A DNA stretch of 64,000 nt from Anaerolineae bacterium (GTDB lineage: Bacteria > Chloroflexota > Anaerolineae > CG2-30-64-16): contig DAOTZV010000192.1 of the NCBI GenBank assembly GCA_034434235.1, positions 5,037-69,036 on the forward strand, given 5' to 3'. The translations under genes and the position numbers were made by a program. The notes beneath the pieces were generated by a model. That model saw only the letters and a program-made list of their open reading frames with translations. It was not told where the DNA came from and did no database searches. Shown here piece after piece: positions 60,756 through 64,000 of this stretch; the stretch's first letter is position 1, and every line of letters starts with the position of its first letter.

Positions 60756-61778
60756 ATGGCCGAAAACCGAAACAACATCATCCTGGAAGTCAAGGACCTG
60801 AAGCTCTATTTCCCGATCTACCGCGGGCTGATCCAGCGGGTGGTCGGGCACGTCAAGGCCGTAGATGGCGTCAGCTTCTTCTTGCGAGAGCGCGAGGTGC
60901 TGGGCCTGGTGGGCGAGAGCGGCTGCGGGAAAACGACCGTCGGCCGTACCGTTTTGCGCCTCTACGATCCGACGGCCGGCGAGATCCGCTATCGGCGGGC
61001 GAGCGGCGAGTGGGTGGACATCGCGCGCATCAGCCAGCGCGACATGAAGCCGCTGCGCCGCGAGATGCGCATGATCTTTCAGGATCCGTTCAGCTCGCTC
61101 AACCCGCGGCTCACGGTCAAAGACATCATCGGCGAGCCGCTGGAGATCCACGGCGTGGCGCGCGGCAAGGCGGCCGAGCAGCGGGTGGCCGAGCTGATGG
61201 AGGCGGTGGGCCTGAATCCGGCCCTGATGCGCCGTTATCCGCACGAGTTCTCCGGCGGCCAGCGCCAGCGCATCGGCCTGGCGCGTACCCTCTCCCTCAA
61301 CCCCCGGCTGATCATCGCCGACGAGCCGGTCTCGGCCCTGGATGTGTCGGTGCAGGCGCAGGTGCTCAACCTGTTGCAGGAGCTTCAGGCGCGGCTCGGC
61401 CTGACGCTGATCTTCATCGCCCACGATCTGTCGGTGGTGGAGCACATCTCCGACCGCATCGCAGTGATGTATGTGGGCAAGATCGTCGAGCTGGCCGAGA
61501 CGGAAGAAGTGTTGCGCCACCCGTTGCATCCGTATACCGAGGCGCTGGTCTCGGCCATCCCGCCGGCCGACCCCGATATCCGCATGGAGCGCATTCCGCT
61601 GCGGGGCGAGGTGCCCAGTCCGGCCAACCCGCCCCCCGGCTGCGTTTTCCATCCGCGCTGCAACTATGCCCGGGACATTTGTAGCCAACAGGCCCCCACG
61701 CTGGTCGAAAGCAAGCCCGGCCACTTCGTGAGCTGTCATTTCGCCTCTGAATTGAGCCTGCGCGGCATTGGAGACTGA
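60756..61778 (+). CDS. ABC ATPase, OppF/DppF type
   Basis: [25 protein letters not shown] and IAHDL. Confidence 0.95.
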   Translation: MAENRNNIILEVKDLKLYFPIYRGLIQRVVGHVKAVDGVSFFLREREVLGLVGESGCGKTTVGRTVLRLYDPTAGEIRYRRASGEWVDIARISQRDMKPLRREMRMIFQDPFSSLNPRLTVKDIIGEPLEIHGVARGKAAEQRVAELMEAVGLNPALMRRYPHEFSGGQRQRIGLARTLSLNPRLIIADEPVSALDVSVQAQVLNLLQELQARLGLTLIFIAHDLSVVEHISDRIAVMYVGKIVELAETEEVLRHPLHPYTEALVSAIPPADPDIRMERIPLRGEVPSPANPPPGCVFHPRCNYARDICSQQAPTLVESKPGHFVSCHFASELSLRGIGD

Positions 61779-61780
61779 GC

Positions 61781-62131
61781 ATGAACGCATCGCAACGCAT
61801 CAACGCATTCCTGGCCTACCTCCTGTTGCCGATCGGCTGGCTGTATGTCTTGCTCTTTCACCGGCAGGACCGGTGGGTCGTGTTTCATTGCAAGCAGTCT
61901 ATCGCCATCGTGGCCTGGCTGGTGGCCGTTACGGTCGGTTGGGCCGTGGTCGGCTGGCTGCTGGCGTGGATTCCTTATGCCATCGTCCTCAGCATGGCGC
62001 TCTTCAGCCTGGTCATCGTGGCCTATGTGATCGCGGCGATCCTGTGGGTCGTCGGGATGGCGAACGCGCTGCGCGGCCATGCCCGGCGCCTGCCGATCGT
62101 CGGCCGCTGGGGACATCAACTACCGCTTTGA
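61781..62131 (+). CDS. Small membrane protein (DUF4870/Tic20-like)
   Basis: LAYLL..IGW, FHCKQS, three TM segments, RLPIVG. Confidence 0.78.
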   Translation: MNASQRINAFLAYLLLPIGWLYVLLFHRQDRWVVFHCKQSIAIVAWLVAVTVGWAVVGWLLAWIPYAIVLSMALFSLVIVAYVIAAILWVVGMANALRGHARRLPIVGRWGHQLPL

Positions 62132-62144
62132 GGAGCATCTTTCC

Positions 62145-63482
62145 ATGGCGCGCATTGCTTTGATCGGCGCGGGGAGCATCGTCTTCACCCGCAACCTGTG
62201 TAGCGATATTTTGTTGACGCCCGCACTGCAAGACAGCACCATCGCCTTGATGGACATTGACCCGGCGCGGCTGGCGCAGGCGCGCGACTTGGTGCAGGCG
62301 TTGATCGAGCGCCGCGGGCTCAAGGCGCGCGTCGAGGCGACCCTCGACCGCCGCAAGGCCGTGACCGGCGCCGACTATGTGATCACCACCTTTCAGCAGG
62401 GCGGGCTGGATGCTTACGCGCTCGACATCGAGATCCCGCGCAAGTACGGCGTCGAGCAGTGCGTCGGCGACACGTTGGGGCCGGGCGGCGTCTTCCGCGG
62501 GCTGCGCACGATCCCGGTGCTCTGGGACCTGTGCGATGAGATGGATGCGGTGGCCCCCGATGCGCTGCTCATCAACTACGTCAACCCGATGGCGATCAAC
62601 TGCTGGGCGGTGGAGGCGTATAGCGGCTGGCCGCACGTGGGGCTATGCCATAGCGTGCAGGGCACCAGCGAGATGCTGGCGCGCTGGATCGAGGTGCCCT
62701 ACGAGGAGATCAACTTCCTGTGCGCGGGCATCAATCACCAGGCGTGGTTCCTGGAGTTCCGCCGCGGCAAGGAGGATGTCTATCCGTTGATCTGGCAGGC
62801 CATCGAGCGGCCCGAGATCTACGAGCAGGAGCCGGTGCGCATTGATCTGATGAAGCACTTCGGCTATTTCGTCACCGAATCGAGCGGCCACGCCAGCGAA
62901 TATGTGCCCTATTTCCGCAAGACCGCGCGCATGGTCGAAGAGGAGCTGGTGCCGCGCTTCAAGAACCCGCGCGACTTCTGGTTCGATTTCGCGCGCACGG
63001 GCGGCTATCTGCGCCATTGCCAGAACCGGATCAAGGTGGCCGCGGAGGAATACCGGGAGCTGATCGACGGCACGCGGCCGATCCCGACCGTGCGCAGCCA
63101 CGAGTATGGCTCGATGATCATCGAGGCGATGGAGACGAACGTGCCGGCGCGCGTCAACGGCAACGTGCCGAACCGCGGGTTGATCACCAACCTGCCGGAG
63201 GGTTGTTGCGTCGAAGTGCCGTGCATGGTGGATGCCAACGGCATCCAGCCCACGGTGGTGGGCAATCTGCCGCCGCAACTGGCCGCGCTGAACCGGACGA
63301 ACATCAACGTCCAGTCGCTGGCGGTAGAGGCATGCCTGTCCGGCGATGTGGAGGCCGTCTATCATGCGGTCATGCTCGATCCGCTGACCGCGGCCGTCTG
63401 CACCCTGCCGCAGATCCGCGCGATGGTGGACGAGATGCTCGCGGCCCAAAAGCGGTGGTTGCCGCAGTTCGATCTGGATTGA
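62145..63482 (+). CDS. melA: GH4 alpha-galactosidase (NAD+/Mn2+-dependent)
   Basis: [43 protein letters not shown] and [10 protein letters not shown]. Confidence 0.9.
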   Translation: MARIALIGAGSIVFTRNLCSDILLTPALQDSTIALMDIDPARLAQARDLVQALIERRGLKARVEATLDRRKAVTGADYVITTFQQGGLDAYALDIEIPRKYGVEQCVGDTLGPGGVFRGLRTIPVLWDLCDEMDAVAPDALLINYVNPMAINCWAVEAYSGWPHVGLCHSVQGTSEMLARWIEVPYEEINFLCAGINHQAWFLEFRRGKEDVYPLIWQAIERPEIYEQEPVRIDLMKHFGYFVTESSGHASEYVPYFRKTARMVEEELVPRFKNPRDFWFDFARTGGYLRHCQNRIKVAAEEYRELIDGTRPIPTVRSHEYGSMIIEAMETNVPARVNGNVPNRGLITNLPEGCCVEVPCMVDANGIQPTVVGNLPPQLAALNRTNINVQSLAVEACLSGDVEAVYHAVMLDPLTAAVCTLPQIRAMVDEMLAAQKRWLPQFDLD

Positions 63483-63499
63483 GCCGTATCGGAGGGCAT

Positions 63500-64000
63500 A
63501 TGCAATATCGTTTCCTGGGCCGCACCGGCCTGAAAGTCAGCGAGCTGTGCCTGGGCACCATGACCTTCGGCCGCGAGGCCGACGAGGCGACCAGCTTCCA
63601 GATCATGGATCGCTTTGTCGCGGCCGGCGGCAATTTCCTCGACACCGCCAACGTCTATTCGCGCGGCCTTTCGGAGGAGATCATCGGCCGCTGGTTGAAG
63701 GGCAAACGTCGGGAGGACTTCGTGATTGCCACGAAGGTGCGCTGGCCGATGGGCGAAGGGCCGAACGACGTCGGCCTGAGCCGCAAGCACATCCTCGCCA
63801 GCGCGGAGGCAAGTCTGCGCCGGCTGGGCACTGACTACATTGACCTCTACCAGGTGCACGGATGGGACGGCTACACGCCGCTGGAAGAGACCCTCTCCGC
63901 GCTGGATGGCCTGGTGCGGGCGGGCAAGGTGCGCTATCTGGGCGCGAGCAACTACATGGCCTGGCAGCTCCAGAAGGCCGTTGACCTCAGCCGGCTTCAT
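63500..64000 (+). CDS. Aldo/keto reductase (3' end runs off window)
   Basis: Own translation: [24 protein letters not shown]...DTANVYS...ATKV...[16 protein letters not shown]. Confidence 0.93.
   Translation, partial: MQYRFLGRTGLKVSELCLGTMTFGREADEATSFQIMDRFVAAGGNFLDTANVYSRGLSEEIIGRWLKGKRREDFVIATKVRWPMGEGPNDVGLSRKHILASAEASLRRLGTDYIDLYQVHGWDGYTPLEETLSALDGLVRAGKVRYLGASNYMAWQLQKAVDLSRLH

Noticed and set aside
56768-60793. Very long antisense ORFs (for example 1341 aa here, 818 aa at 54136, 726 aa at 25282)
   Set aside because: Shadow frames of GC3-biased genes on the opposite strand, with no domain motifs

Overview
High-GC bacterial chromosome segment, most consistent with Chloroflexota (Anaerolineae-like). 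This is an inference from gene content and repeat style, not from a marker gene. About 50 real genes are present; most other track ORFs are antisense shadows of GC-rich genes. Content: surE (partial); an orphan His-rich metal-binding lipoprotein behind a perfect Fur-type box; a B12 radical-SAM operon with inserted unknown genes; acpS and an M16 peptidase pair; a UDP-glucose dehydrogenase interrupted by a 475-aa LAGLIDADG intein; sugar-acid catabolic clusters; tRNA-Arg(UCU); two UroD/MtaA-fold proteins, one coupled to an enolase paralog lacking canonical catalytic residues; an RNase/barstar pair; a LacI-controlled divergent sulfatase/sulfotransferase locus with mirror-image promoters and operators; trmFO; ychF with an altered P-loop; and an alpha-galactoside ABC/GH4 operon with a multiheme c-type cytochrome lipoprotein embedded in it. 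Several REP-like palindrome families and 7/8-mer repeats are spread through the window, including a 13-copy 30-bp array and copies translated inside proteins. No CRISPR array, rRNA, integrase or transposase was found. The best candidates for undescribed biology are the cytochrome inside the sugar-transport operon, the UroD-like/pseudo-enolase pair, the sulfotransferase/sulfatase regulon and the protein-coding use of REP elements.
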